NCBI RefSeq assembly: GCF_000485595.1
Contig: NW_014577070.1
Location: 175,657-239,656, forward strand
Origin: Priapulus caudatus
Taxonomy: Eukaryota
DNA length: 64,000 bases
Direction of reading: 5' to 3'
Shown: positions 1 through 12,785 of the stretch, piece by piece
How the letters are laid out: each line of letters starts with the position of its first letter
Position numbering within the stretch: the stretch's first letter is position 1
The notes under the pieces: model-generated
What the model saw: the letters and a program-made list of their open reading frames with translations, nothing else
What the model was told of the DNA's origin: nothing
The model's database searches: none
Position numbers and translations under genes: made by a program

Positions 1-335
1 AGCAGCAGCAGCAGCAGTAGCAGCAGTAGCAGCTGTATGACGGCTGGCGTCCTCCCGCGCGCATGCTCCTCCCCATGCGACCTCAATCGTAATCAACTCA
101 TATTCCTCCTCCCGCTGCGCCCAGTAGCCGACGAAACTCATCGAAGCACGGCTCCTTAATTGATGGACTGAAATCCGTCGAGAGTCCGATTTTTCGCTGC
201 CCAGCGCAGTGTCAGTTGCACATGTACACGGTCCGCAATCCTCCGCGCCCTCCCGTATCTGTTCGCACGCACACGCCGACCTGAACGCGGACGCTTCTCG
301 CTTGACAGTTGTCTCCCCCTCTCTCTCTCTCACAG

Positions 336-476
336 GGCGAAGGACATCGAGAAGAGTAAGGAGTACGCCGACACGTGGAAGAAGGATGACGACGGCAAGG
401 TGAGCGGCGGACAGCCCGGAGCACGCGTTATCGATGAACGCAGCGGCGTCGGTCCGATGGGAGGTTACATCACCAG
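336..476 (+). CDS. SNAP25: SNAP-25 internal exon (linker between the two SNARE motifs); upstream exons lie before the window
   Basis: Polypyrimidine tract and cacag acceptor (335); AG|gtaatg donor (477). Translates (R)AKDIEKSKEYADTWKKDDDGKVSGGQPGARVIDERSGVGPMGGYIT(R), resembling the SNAP-25 linker (W..N/DDGKV..QP.RV.D.R......GYI.R). Phase 2 at both ends, matching the next exon. Confidence 0.92.
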
Positions 477-2923
477 GTAATGCAGCGACTAGTAATGGCA
501 GCATAATTTTGGAGGGAATCTCGGGAGAATGAGCGCAGGAATAAATGCACAACGAGGAGGGAATCTCGGGAGAATGAGCGCAGGAATAAATGCACAACGA
601 GCGGGCCAAATAGAGAGGGGTCGGCACGGGGAGGAGAGCGAAGGGAGAACAAGAGAGGCGAGAGATAATGTGAATGCAGTGAGATGGAGAGAGGGTTGGT
701 GAAGGTAGCACGATTGTAAGGGATTGCGGGAGGGAAAGTAAGCGAAACGGATAGATTGAGTGCGCTGGGAAAGGAGAAATAGCGAGAGAAGAGGAGACTA
801 AACGAGGGAGAAGGAATGTGGAAACTGTCGTACTGATAGTTCACCTTTTGTTAGTGGGAGGTGAGGAGGTTCGTAACGTGGCATCTAGACGTACGTCAAG
901 ATCTAAGTCACGTATCTCATCTGTACGCTCTGTCGGAGTGCCAGCATGCCGCCACGGACCGCATCCGCCCCCCATCATCCACCGTAATTAACGTTGTTAT
1001 CCCATAAGTGGAAATGGGCACCGAGGCAACATCTCTCATTGCGCGCGATCGGCAGGCTGACAGCGTCGCGATTCCGGCGGCGGACGTAGAAAAACAACAG
1101 CGGCCGCTTTGCCGAGTTGAATTCCCGCCGGTGCTGCCTGTCGGCTGGCCTGCCGTGCGGCGCACGCGCGCACGCACTGTCACTCGATTTGGCAAGTCGT
1201 TAAAGTCTCTCGAGCGTTTTACGTGCGCGGTGGTGTTTTAACGACCGACCATTGATTCAACTGACACGTCGATAATGCGTGTTGACATAATCGGCGCCGC
1301 GCTGTACACCATTAGGAAATTATAATGGTTACTTATTGGAACATCGAGGGAGAAGTTGCGTTATATGCTAGTATGCCGGTGAGCTCTGTAATAGGTTGCG
1401 TGTTAAGCCGAGCGCTGTACACCCCTAGCTGGCTTCATAGCTATCTTCATTCTACCTCTACGGCTAATGTAGGCGGTGTTGTGCGTATTAAGCAGTCTAC
1501 GCATGTGCTTGCCCCCACCGGGATGGCCTCATTGGCTTCATTGAAGGCATCGCTTATTAAATTTACCAGTTGTGATCCGATTTTCGCACTCTGATTTCGA
1601 GTTTAACCTGCTCTCTCTCTGCCTCTACTTCTCTGCTCCTCGTGTCATCTTCTCTCGATGCGGTCTCTCTATATATATATATATATATATGATAGGTGCA
1701 AGAGAGAGAAGGGTGCGATGAAGGGAGGACAGGCGATATAGGAGATAGGATAGATCAGGATAGATAGGATGGGGTGGATGGATGGATGGATGGATTTAAA
1801 TGGAGTGAATTTATGAATAGGATGGTATGAAGTGGATGGGAGTGGGTGGATAGTATGGATTATTATCAAGAGTGAGGATAATAGGAGAAGAGTATGAGCA
1901 GGCGCTTGTTTTAAGCGAGCGTTTTTGCATAGTGTTTCAGCTGTGTAAATATTCTATCAATATGTGAATAATATATTCAAACTTTACCGTTGTTGTTTCT
2001 GTCTATAGATTGCTCCTTAATCATATGACACCGACGCAATTTAGCCTAGAAAAATCGTATGTGTTCTTGCAAAAAAAAGTTCTTTGAATACGAAGCTACG
2101 GTTTCAGGCCAGGCCAGCAGGTTTTCACGAAATAACGCGCAGAGTTGTTCGGCGCAAGATAATATGGAGGGCGGCAGGCACCTAAGGTTGTGAACTGCGG
2201 GACTGCTGGGGGCTGTTGGGGATATTAAGTAAGCACAGTAACAGCAGGCTTGTGTTCGCTTCAGTCAGGAAACTACGATGGCAACACTAGCTAAAATCAG
2301 CTGTCTGAAGCTCGCCGTAAGCACACATCTTATTTCTAGCACGCCTGGAAACAGCCTACACGGCTGAATACAATTCGAGTGCTGTAATAATGTCTCGGCG
2401 CAGCGTTGCCGGTCACTAGAGCAATAGAACATACATCCAGTGAATAAAAGCTTGGGCCGCGCGAAAACGATGTGGCGCTTCATGTATGGTGAAGAACTGT
2501 GTGTAAACGCGTGTGCGTATTGCACCAATAACTGTTTTTGAAGAACACATGGCGATTTTCAGGCCTACAGAAATAAATCTGGTGTGTCGATATGTGTTAG
2601 GAGGAGATTAACATCATGACCGAAAAGGCAAGGTTTACCAGTTGAAATATATTTATTCACATATTGATAGTAATGATTATACAAAGTTGAGAGAAGCTAT
2701 GCAAAACGCTGTTAAAACGGTGGTCATACTCTTCTCCTAGTTATATACTCTTGGATTATTATATAATATACTAGTATATATATATACGTATATAGAGAGA
2801 GCAGAGAGAGAGAGAGAGAGAAGAGAGAAGGAGTAGAGAGGGGGGAGTGCGGGCTGGGGAGGAGTGAAGGTAGGCGAGATGAGTGCGTGTTACGTGACCT
2901 GCCTGACCTCTACGTTGCCGCAG

Positions 2924-3068
2924 GGTGACGAACGACGCGCGGGAGGATGAGATGGAGGAGAACATCGGACAGGTAGCGGACATGCTGGGCAACCTCCGCA
3001 ACATGGCCATCGACATGGGCAGCGAGGTCTCCTCACAGAACCAGCAGCTGGACAGAATAAACCAGAAG
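2924..3068 (+). CDS. SNAP25: SNAP-25 exon encoding most of the C-terminal (Qc) SNARE motif
   Basis: ccgcag acceptor and AAG|gtaatg donor. Translates [48 protein letters not shown], the diagnostic SNAP-25 SN2 helix. Ends in phase 0. Confidence 0.97.
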
Positions 3069-3486
3069 GTAATGCGTCGCGCGTTGATCTTTCACCTCGT
3101 ACTGATGACGCATGACGTCATTTCGACCGGTGACGTCATCGTGACCTTTGACCTCTCTTTTTTTAATCCGTGTCGTCATGACCCGGTGATCTTCATTACG
3201 ACCGTGTTTGACCTTCGTCCGCCTCGTCTTTGCGAGGTTTTTTTCCTGCAGCGCCGGACTGGTTTGTGTTTGGGTGTTATAGTGATGAGTATACGTGCCC
3301 GCCCTCATTCACTCGCCGCTCCGTGTACACGTGTTTCAGCGTTCACTGGGTTTCCCGACGTATGTTGAATGTATGGTGTTTGATGTGGATGACCGCGATG
3401 ACAGCCTAACTGACTCCCGAACCTAAACCTGACTATGTCTGTGTTAGCTTTGCTGTTTCACAGTTCGTACAGAGCATGTTCAGTGG

Positions 3487-3525
<39 letters not shown>

Positions 3526-4229
3526 CGCGTGCGTGCGTGCGTGCGTGCGTGCGTGAGTGCGTGCGTGCGTGCGTGTGTGTGTCACTGCCTGGCAACGTTG
3601 TCCTCACATGCATTTATTAGCCGTGTCTTTAGAAGTGATTTTCTCGTTTAGCATGGGCGGATCAATCTTTAAGGCATAAGACAAATGTAAGGCAAGACAA
3701 AATTAATGTAAAACTAATAGTCGCTAATTAGTTTTGCTTTGAGTTTCGAGAAACGGAACCCCTGTATAGCCTTACATGTGTTGATTGAGTGCGCCCGTGA
3801 ATGTATCAGCTAAGATGCACAGCAGTGTGCTGCTGTTTCTTAGCGTTTCGTTGGCGATTTCATAAGGGCTCATATGCTCATACTCTATGCACATTGGATC
3901 CGCCCTGCTTAATATTCTATAGAATTACGGTCATTATGTAGTACGCATATGACCTATAGGATTACGTCTATCACCGTGCGGTTTCCATACACACGGGAAG
4001 CCTGTCGGAAGCTTCCCTTATCACGGGGTGCGGGAACAGGATCCTGGCTTCCTCGCTTCCCTGCGACCTTTCCGCGGCAGGTCAGCAGCGGCGAGTTCCT
4101 GATGACGTTCGTCCGGTTTTGTTTTTCTTCATTTTTGTCCCTTTTCTCAGCAGCGCCCATCTTGGAAACGGGGGTGCGTGTAAAGTCTGTAAACTTGTAA
4201 ATTGTAAGCGCGATTTGCTGGTGTTACAG

Positions 4230-4298
4230 GGCAAGTTGGTCGATTCGCGTATCGCGGCGGCCAATCAGCGCGCCGAGAAGATCTTGTCCAAAGATTAG
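4230..4298 (+). CDS. SNAP25: SNAP-25 terminal exon A (proximal alternative last exon)
   Basis: gtgttacag acceptor. Phase-0 reading GKLVDSRIAAANQRAEKILSKD-stop aligns to SNAP-25 residues 185-206 (RI...ANQRA..L). Confidence 0.88.
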   Translation, partial: GKLVDSRIAAANQRAEKILSKD

Positions 4299-4539
4299 AC
4301 AGAGCGAGAACGGTGACTTTTATTCCGGCACTCCGCCATTCATTCTCTAACTCTCGTTCGTCGAACTAACGCAATTTTATTAACCCATACGCTCGCTTCT
4401 TTCGCCGGCTTTTACATATCTGTGTTGGCACTAGGGGTTTTCGTCGTTGCGTAACTGAGTTCTAATCGCTGATGTCCGTCAGTGACTATGGCTGCGATTT
4501 TTGGAATTGATCAGCTAGCTGCGCGCTGCGTTTTTTCTT

Positions 4540-4801
4540 GGCAGTGGCTACGGGTACGGTAGCCGTATCTTAATGTCTCGAGGCTACGGGTACGGGAGTC
4601 CATTCGCTTTCATACTTAACGAGACAAAGATGGCGGCGGTGGCGCCAGATTTCGAAATAACGCTTTGGGAAATAAATTCACGATTTGAGAGTTTAGATGA
4701 GCTAGAACCCTAACCCTAACCCTAACCCTAACCTTAACCCTAACCCTAACGCCAAAAAAGGGCTTCAACGAACGACGGCTACCGTACCTCCAGCCACTGC
4801 G
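4540..4801. mobile_element. MITE with 9-bp TSD (Mutator-like) containing a (TAACCC)n tract
   Basis: TIRs gcagtggctacgggtacggtagccgt / acggctaccgtacctccagccactgc; ttttttctt direct repeat on both sides (4531-4539, 4802-4810); telomere-like repeat at about 4706-4750. Confidence 0.75.
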
Positions 4802-4891
4802 TTTTTTCTTACCCACATATTTTACTTGGCTATGCTTTGTCCTGACTGACTCGAGCAAAGTATGTTCGCTGCGTTCTGTTCTATCATATAT

Positions 4892-4959
<68 letters not shown>

Positions 4960-6964
4960 GCGCCTGACGAATCTTCTCAGCGGTATTTATGCTGTTACTA
5001 AGCTCGCCAGCTTTTCTTGCATGACGTCATCGCCGGAGTCACCGCCGCTTGTGTAGATCTAGTAGATAACGTACATTCACTAAATTTTCTGTGCGTTTCT
5101 CTCCTGTCGTTGCACTTTTCTCTCGCTCTCAGAGCAGTTAGCGGTCTCACTCTCACAGCTTCTGTGCTCTGCCCGAGAAAGTTCGCTACTGCTGCTGCAA
5201 CGTGGCGGAGGCATATATCGATTGCGTTGAGATTTACATTTAAGTTGATAAGCGTGGTTGAAATGGTGCTGGCAGTTTTCTGTCGTGACGACAGAGCAAC
5301 GCGTTCTCCACGAGTTTGCAGAAAAAGAACGAGTGCAATTTTTTTTTTATACATATACGATATATATATATATATATATATATTTATTTATTTTTATCCG
5401 AAATGCATGAGACTGATAGTGCACAGTCTTGTGCATTACTAAATTTATGTGTGTACTGTATATATTTTAGAGAAAATTGTTTTGGCAAGCATAATATAAC
5501 AAATATAGTTCTCAGTAACATACAGCGGGCGTATCAATGTAGAACGCACGTCCGGAAATTGACGTGCATTAATGATGACATGTGCTCACATCCTCAAAAA
5601 CCATTTTACATTCCAATATCATTCTTTAATGGTTCCGTCCACGATGCCATGCTGTAATCTAGTATTACCATGAGGTTTGTCAGATGCTGTCTGATAATTG
5701 CTAGAAACCGGAACGCGTTAGCGCAAATATAGGGATGATTTCTTGCCTCCCGTTGAGAATTCCGATTAGGGGTCCCATGAAATTATCGCCGCACCATTCC
5801 ATTACTATATATATATATGTCAGAACAAATGTTGACGCTGGCTGCAATCCCACGCGGCGTGTGTCTCTCTATATATTTCGGATGGTGATGTTTTGAAGCG
5901 AAACTATCTATCGCATGGTAAGGCCTATATACAGCCAGGACCCGCCTAAACGGTGGCGCCACCATCTTTAAGGAGCGTCCTTCATCCCCGGTCACCTTCA
6001 TATGCACGGAACCATGGTTGGGCCTGATACGCGATCATAGCGTTGCGTACTTGGTTGACCTATTTACATACCTGAGCATAGCACACGACCACCGTGTCCA
6101 TACACAGTGCAGTGTTTGCGCTAATCGTCAACACCGCTACTCAAAGATCTATCACCTGTGCGCATGCGCAGATGCCACAGCCTGCTCACCAAGCATGCGT
6201 CTATAGTGTTTGCTATGCACACATTCATATTTGTTAGGATCTCCTTTATATTCTAGCGTGCACGTTGTCATCTGCCTGTGACCTTTATACTAATTGCTCC
6301 CTGACTATTGACAGTGTCTTTTGTGATGAGCCACGTCTGGCGTGTTCCATGTATGTGAAATAATCCTGTGTTCATACACGAACACCGGTACGGGTATAAA
6401 TTCATGTATATGCGCACGTGTTTAAATATGCACTGCTTGCTCGGCTATGCATTGAAACGATCGTTGTAGCATTCAATTTTAATCTGAATGTATCAATATT
6501 ATACGCATGCTTACATTGCACACTCACATATATAGCAGTAATATGCGGAAGCAGAACTATTGATGTCCAATATTAGTTTTCTTATTTGCGAATAAATTAG
6601 GCAGTGTTTGATTAGCACGTATCCCAACTGGAATGAAATATCTATCCGTAATCTTTGATAAATAAATGATTGGCAATATTTTCGGTCGCGGAAAGTAAGT
6701 GGTTACGGTCGTTGGTATGTAGACAAATAACAACGAAATTTCTTTACGTTTTATTATCAACGGACCGTCTAGATGTTACTGTACATACTGAATAGCCTGG
6801 AGCGTGATTTATCCACCAAGTATAGCAGCTAATGCCTGCTTCAGTACATCCCACGCGTGAAGATGCATATACACACATTCATTTTCCATTAACGGATAAG
6901 AGTCATAAGCCTTTTGGCGACAGGGACGGCAAAATCTTTCTGGCTCGGACATGAAAAGCTGTTG

Positions 6965-7000
<36 letters not shown>

Positions 7001-7619
7001 TGAGTGAGTGCGTGCGTGCGTGCGTGCGTGAGTGCCTGTGAGGACGCATAGTACTCCCCATCTCTAGGCAATAATGCGGCAAATATGTGCCTCATGTAAA
7101 TTTTTCGTGATTTTTTTTGGTACCCCTTCCCGCCCCCTACCAACCCTCAATATTCCCCCCGCACATTCCTGTAATCTGTATACAACATGTTTTTTTACAA
7201 ACAATCCAGTTTAGTACCCGTAGAGCATGTTGAATTCTCCCATCCCGTATCCCCTATCATGTATCATAAAATCAGGAGTGTATAATATAGATATCTATAT
7301 TACACACCCCTGATAAGATCCCATTACATTGAGGTTGGAGCAGAGACATGCCCTCAGTGTGCGTCCTTCCGCCCACCACTAGACATTCGCACCTGACACT
7401 CCTGCTACCACCCATGTCTGTTATGAGAGAATGAACAGCACTCTCTATATCTACAGGAGTGTATCAATCATATATATCCAATCAAATATTGATACACTCC
7501 TGATATCTAGGCAAGCGGGCGGCATGCACCCTGTTCCTTTGTCTCCTCTACCTCATCTGCATTATATAGCAATAAATTGATCTCCCTTCCTCCCACCACC
7601 ACACCCACCCCGACCCACC

Positions 7620-7850
7620 CCTCGTAATTTCCATGTATATAGTAACTGTTTAGACATCCCCCTCCCACCCCTCAGGCTCTGCATTATATAGTAACTGTTT
7701 AGACACCTCCTCCCACCCCTCAGGCTCTGCATTATATAGTAACTGTTTAGATGCCCTCCTTCCCGCCCCCTCCCACCCCTCAGCATTAATCTGCATTATA
7801 TAGTAACTGTTTAGACCCCCCCCCCTTTCCGCCCCTCCCATTCCTCAGCA
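7620..7850. repeat. Minisatellite, about 45-65-bp units with core gcattatatagtaactgtttaga...cctcccacccctcag
   Basis: About 4 tandem copies, plus a further copy near 7980-8025. Confidence 0.75.
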
Positions 7851-8214
7851 TTTCCACATCAATCTAACAACATGCTTTTTCGCAGCCACTATAGCACCCG
7901 TGGATCATGTCGCATTTCCCCGTCTCATATATCCAGTATGCCGTATCGTAGCTGTGTACGTACATTGAGTAATAATTGAGTATATAGTAATTGTTTAGAC
8001 TTACCTTGCTCCCACCCTTCAGCATTTCCACGGACAAAATACTTTATATGGTCTTTTGCTAGACCAGATAAATAATTTTTTTCAAACAAGCACAGATGCT
8101 TGTAATATAGGTTAGCACACAAGCCCATAGTTTTGTCGTAAACTCGACTGAAATAATCAAGACATCGAGTGGGCTATGTGACCGGTTAAGGCCGCCGCAC
8201 ACCANNNNNNNNNN

Positions 8215-8261
<47 letters not shown>

Positions 8262-8921
8262 AAAGATAAACACTTTAGCCTTAGCTAGAGTGACTGCGAC
8301 ACTTATTTGAGCCAATACTAGGGTAGCAACATTTATGATCTGGTTTATATGAGGCATGTAATATCTTCTGATGAAACCAACAATGCATTAAACAAGAGAC
8401 AGAGTGTTTTACGTGGATCCTGTTATAATAAATACCACTACGCGTCAGGGTAGCGATTCAGAAAGACGTACGTCGCCATGTTGCGAGATGGTACCACCGT
8501 AGCAGTTTGAAAATGTACGATTTACCGCAGCAGTACTGCTAACTGAATGATCTACGCACTCAACCTCGTAGCGTTTTATATAAAGCCTCAGTTACGGTCT
8601 TTCACCTATAGATCAACGATAGATCCGCCCGTGTCAACAGGGTCTACGAAAGACGCTGATTCTCTCCGTGAGATTATACTGAGATTATCGCGTCAGCGTA
8701 CATGGCAACACCTTTTCGAACCACTAGCGGTCTTGATCGAGTCTGACGAAACGTGACGTGTGCGCCGGCGCCAACAATGTACGGTGCCCTATAGAATTAC
8801 GATCATGTCGCACTGACGCGCCGCCTAGTGGATGAAATAACGTCGCAAATTCGTTGTGTCGGGCAACGCAGTCGTCTGCTGTACTGTCTGCTAATCATGG
8901 CTGCTGCTCGTCTCTTTTCAG

Positions 8922-8993
8922 GGGAAGCTAGTTGACACGAGGATCTCGATGGCCAACCAGCGTGCAAATCAGCTGCTAAAGGAGGATCCTTAA
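8922..8993 (+). CDS. SNAP25: SNAP-25 terminal exon B (distal alternative last exon)
   Basis: ctaat branch-like motif, then tctcttttcag acceptor. Phase-0 reading GKLVDTRISMANQRANQLLKEDP-stop is homologous to exon A and to the SNAP-25 C-terminus. Confidence 0.9.
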   Translation, partial: GKLVDTRISMANQRANQLLKEDP

Positions 8994-11900
8994 AGCTGCT
9001 AAGTAAGGAATAGGACGTGCGACGAACGCAGAGGGCGAGCGAGAGCGAGTTCGTAGCAAATGCTAGGCGTCGGACGAAATTTAGATAATCTTCATCTCCA
9101 CCAGGATATATTATACGCCGTCGGAGTTTTCGCGCGCAAAAACAAGAGAGCAGCGATGCGACCGCGCGGCCATGATGCCGGCGGCGCTCCTAGTGCTTCT
9201 GATTCGCTGTGTGCAATGTTCTGACAGCTGAACGAGCTGCTAGTTTAGCGATCGCACGCGCGGCAGTAGGAAAATATCGTATACACTACAACACCCGCAG
9301 TCGTAACAGCATACAGACACCATGGTACAACAGAAGATGGGTGTCGTAGGGTATAGTCTACCCGTGTTGCATACTCAATAATACGAGGGGAAATTCGTCG
9401 GCGGTTGGTTTTTCCGACATGCTTACGTCGTCCTCAGGTCGCCGTCCGTGTACCGTTCTCTTTCGATTACCAGCAAGCTATACTTTCTAACGACACTGGT
9501 GTATTTCGGTGTTATGGCTAAGGAGCGTTAATGTGCCCGCTATAGTGCAACGCCTCCCTGTGCGAGCATGCTGTTATACGTTGTCAGCCAGTGGCAATTC
9601 TTTCCACACCTATCCATGTAGTGACAACACTGCTCACTGTTAATATAAGATTGTATGGTATGGTAATTGTGCTGACATTGGGCCGCGAACATGTTTGCGG
9701 TTGCATGCAATGATGTGTTAAAATTCGCCTGCAGCTTCCGCGATGTTTGGTACGGAAAATACGCATGTAATAGCACAGATGCGTTTATCTTCCGTTAATC
9801 CGACGGCCTAAAACATCAGTGTACCCGGCTGATCAGTCCGTTTTCTTTGTCGTAGCAGTAGACAGTCCTCTGTACTTCGCTGTCTACTCTCGTTATGAAC
9901 AGCTGACGTTGATCACGGTAGAGGGGTGCGCGCGGAAACAGCGAGGCGCGGGCCGCCGCCCTGATACAATACTGGTAGTGTCGTGACGTCATCATCGTGT
10001 CGCTTCTCCGGTCCGTGTTCGTAGGCCGACTTTTAGCCAGTGCGAAGAGCGAATACTAGATGTGAGACGAAGTAACGAGAAAGTGTGCATCCCCGGTCAA
10101 GGTACGCAGTATTAACGGCACCGTGTGTCGATGCTGTTTTCTTTATATTAACAACTACAGAGGAAAGTGACGTCTCAATCTCATGAGCCGATAGAAATTC
10201 CAGTATTCTTTATAGATATTGTATTATATTATGTTTTGTATATGGGCAATAATTTCATCACGGTAAGCTCGTAATAATGGCTGTGAGCAATGTTTCATGG
10301 ACATTGCTTTCGGCGGGGCACATTCTGCGGCCAGTGTAGTTGTTGCCTTCACAATATCCGGTCAAAAATCGTCTGGTTGCAATAGGTAATCAATAGTGCC
10401 AATCGGCAATATGGGCAGACACATCTAGCCACAGTAACTCAGTTTACCGGTGCATTCCTGTCGTTGAGGATTTCAGCTTTGTAGTTTCACTAAATCACAT
10501 CTTAGACAGATGTATCGGGTGTTGTTCATCACCGATTCGATCGGAGAGCAAAATTACTTGAACTGACATACGTATATATCTTAATTTGTCTTACGGGCGT
10601 TGCATCTTATCGCTGACGTCTGATATTATTCGCAGTGGCTATAACTACCTTTTATCTGCCTAAACTCTCACAGACATCGCAGATACTAGTGGTAAGCGGA
10701 ACAGTACATTGTCATTGTCCAATACACTGAACTAGGTGGCTCTTATAGAGATTACCATGTATAAGCTTCCTATTGTCTCTCATCACAAGAGCATGGATTA
10801 TCGTATGTTAGACACTGTCCAATTCTATCTTCGTCGTCTAGTGAACGGAATGTAACGGTATGCAAAGTTATGGTAACATTAGACGAATTTTGCCGTGGTT
10901 CTACAACTTCAAGCAACCTCTGCCCTAGCGCTGGCGGTGATGGTTTTGGTTCTATCGGATTCCCTAATTATGATATAATATAATATAATATAACATAACG
11001 TACCAAATGTACACCTTTCTAACTTTCCTCGAAAGTAATATCTGGATGCGTATTGCCAACTCGCATCCTTTTTTACGAAAGTCTTTGCCACTGCTCTGTC
11101 GTTGCGAGAGACAGATGGTGTGATACCGGCCAAAGTAATACGGCGTCTTGAAACACGTTTATGTTTACAGCGCGAGAAGAATGTTCTTTACTATTTGATG
11201 ATTAGAGAATTTAACAGCACCGAAACGATTGTCTCAGAACTTAGCCGACGCGCTTAATGCGGTGATAAACAAATTCAGCGCGCAAGTACATCAAAACCTT
11301 CACGTAAATGTTCCTCTGAATGTTTCTATAAATGCTACCGAGATCTGGCTCTACGAGACTTTCATTCCGATGCTCCCATTTATGTGGCTCGTCGCTCGCA
11401 CGTGTAAATAGAGCGTAGCCGAGTGAACGTGTAAATAACCGCGTCCGCGTCACGTAAACTATGATTATACATTTTACGTTTTATGTAAACAAAATTCGTT
11501 TTAAAAGCATATATATATATATACATATGTATATATACATACTGTATATATCTGTATGGATATATAGAGATATAGATAGATAGTTAGATATGTGTGCGTG
11601 TATCTTGCAAACTATATATAGTATCAAGAGCTAATAAACGCCTATTAGATACACGCAGGTATTTATTAGCTCTTGATAGTATTACGCGCCGGCTGATGCT
11701 ATGAATGTCGTGTGTTGTTATATACATTTCTCGCCTGTTACGTGTGCCATCGTGCCCTAAAACGTAGTCAGTGTAATAAGTATTATGCATACGGCGTTAT
11801 CAGGAGACAGTTGGAAGCAAGGTCTGGATGATGCACACGTATAGATTATGGACTTTATGGAGTTTATGACGTAATCACGTAGAGGGGAAAACGTCATATT

Positions 11901-12589
11901 TAACTCGATTTCACCTCGTCGGCAGAACAACGGAAGTGCGATGTGATCCGGATGTGACTCGGCTAGTATCTGTACATGCTATATGCAACCAGTAGGGACA
12001 ATAGCTAATACGGATACGTCCAGATGTAGTTTCTAATGAAGTGCTGTACATTATACGACTGAGTCTCTCCGGCTATAGTAGGAAGCTACGTCAGCTTCAC
12101 ATATTACTTGCAGTGTCACCAGGCAGCCTGATTTAATACGGCATGCTCTAATAGTGTCACTTGTAGGGAAGCGCTCTCCAGCCTCTCATCGTATAATAGG
12201 AAATGTGATCGATGATAAGATTAAATACGGCCCATTCTACTATCCGTTGCATTGTGAGCGTTCCGAGCTAGCTTTCTCGGGCATGATGCACCTCCGTGCT
12301 CGATCAGATTGTTCTGGATGGTATTTTGTGCGAGTTCTTTGGAAACCGAGAATGAATCAATGCAGTTGAAAATCGAGGACGATTGGTGTATGCGCTTGCC
12401 ATATCTATAAGTAGAGCGAATCGCTGGAGTGGAGAATGCGGGTAATGTGATACAAGGAATCATCAGCACGTTCAACACCGCTCGTATCGTCGGCTCATCA
12501 GTGAAACGGCGTGACGTGTCTCTCATGCTGCATCACGTATACTGCAAGCGGAAACATTGCTGCGCGAATCGGCACTGAACTTGCCAGCA

Positions 12590-12785
12590 GTTGTTAGCAG
12601 CGGTTAGCAGCAGCTAGCAATAGTTAGCTGTGGTTAGCACCGATTGACAGTTGTTAGCAATGGTTAGCAGTGGTTAGCAGCTTTTAGCAATGTGTAGCAA
12701 TAGTTAGCAGGGTTAGCAATAATTAGCAATATATAGCAGCGTTTAGCAGCGGTTAGTCGTCGCTAGCCGTGATTAGCAGCAATTG
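12590..12785. repeat. Degenerate ~10-bp minisatellite (GTTAGCAGC-type)
   Basis: Repeated gttagcag/ttagcaa motifs at about 10-nt spacing. Confidence 0.7.

Noticed and set aside
1..33. (CAG)n run as a polyglutamine coding tract
   Set aside because: Interrupted by TAG stops and located in the SNAP-25 intron upstream of the exon at 336.
2265..2316. AG...GT-bounded candidate cassette exon in a SNAP-25 intron
   Set aside because: 52 nt long (frameshifting) and no SNAP-25 similarity.
3069..3368. Extension of ORF 2925-3368 beyond INQK
   Set aside because: Homology stops at a canonical GT donor; the remainder is intron read-through.
3651..3731. Possible third degenerate SNAP-25 last exon (AWADQSLRHKTNVRQDKINVKLIVAN*)
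   Set aside because: Out of phase with the available AG by 1 nt, and heptad core positions are polar; likely chance similarity.
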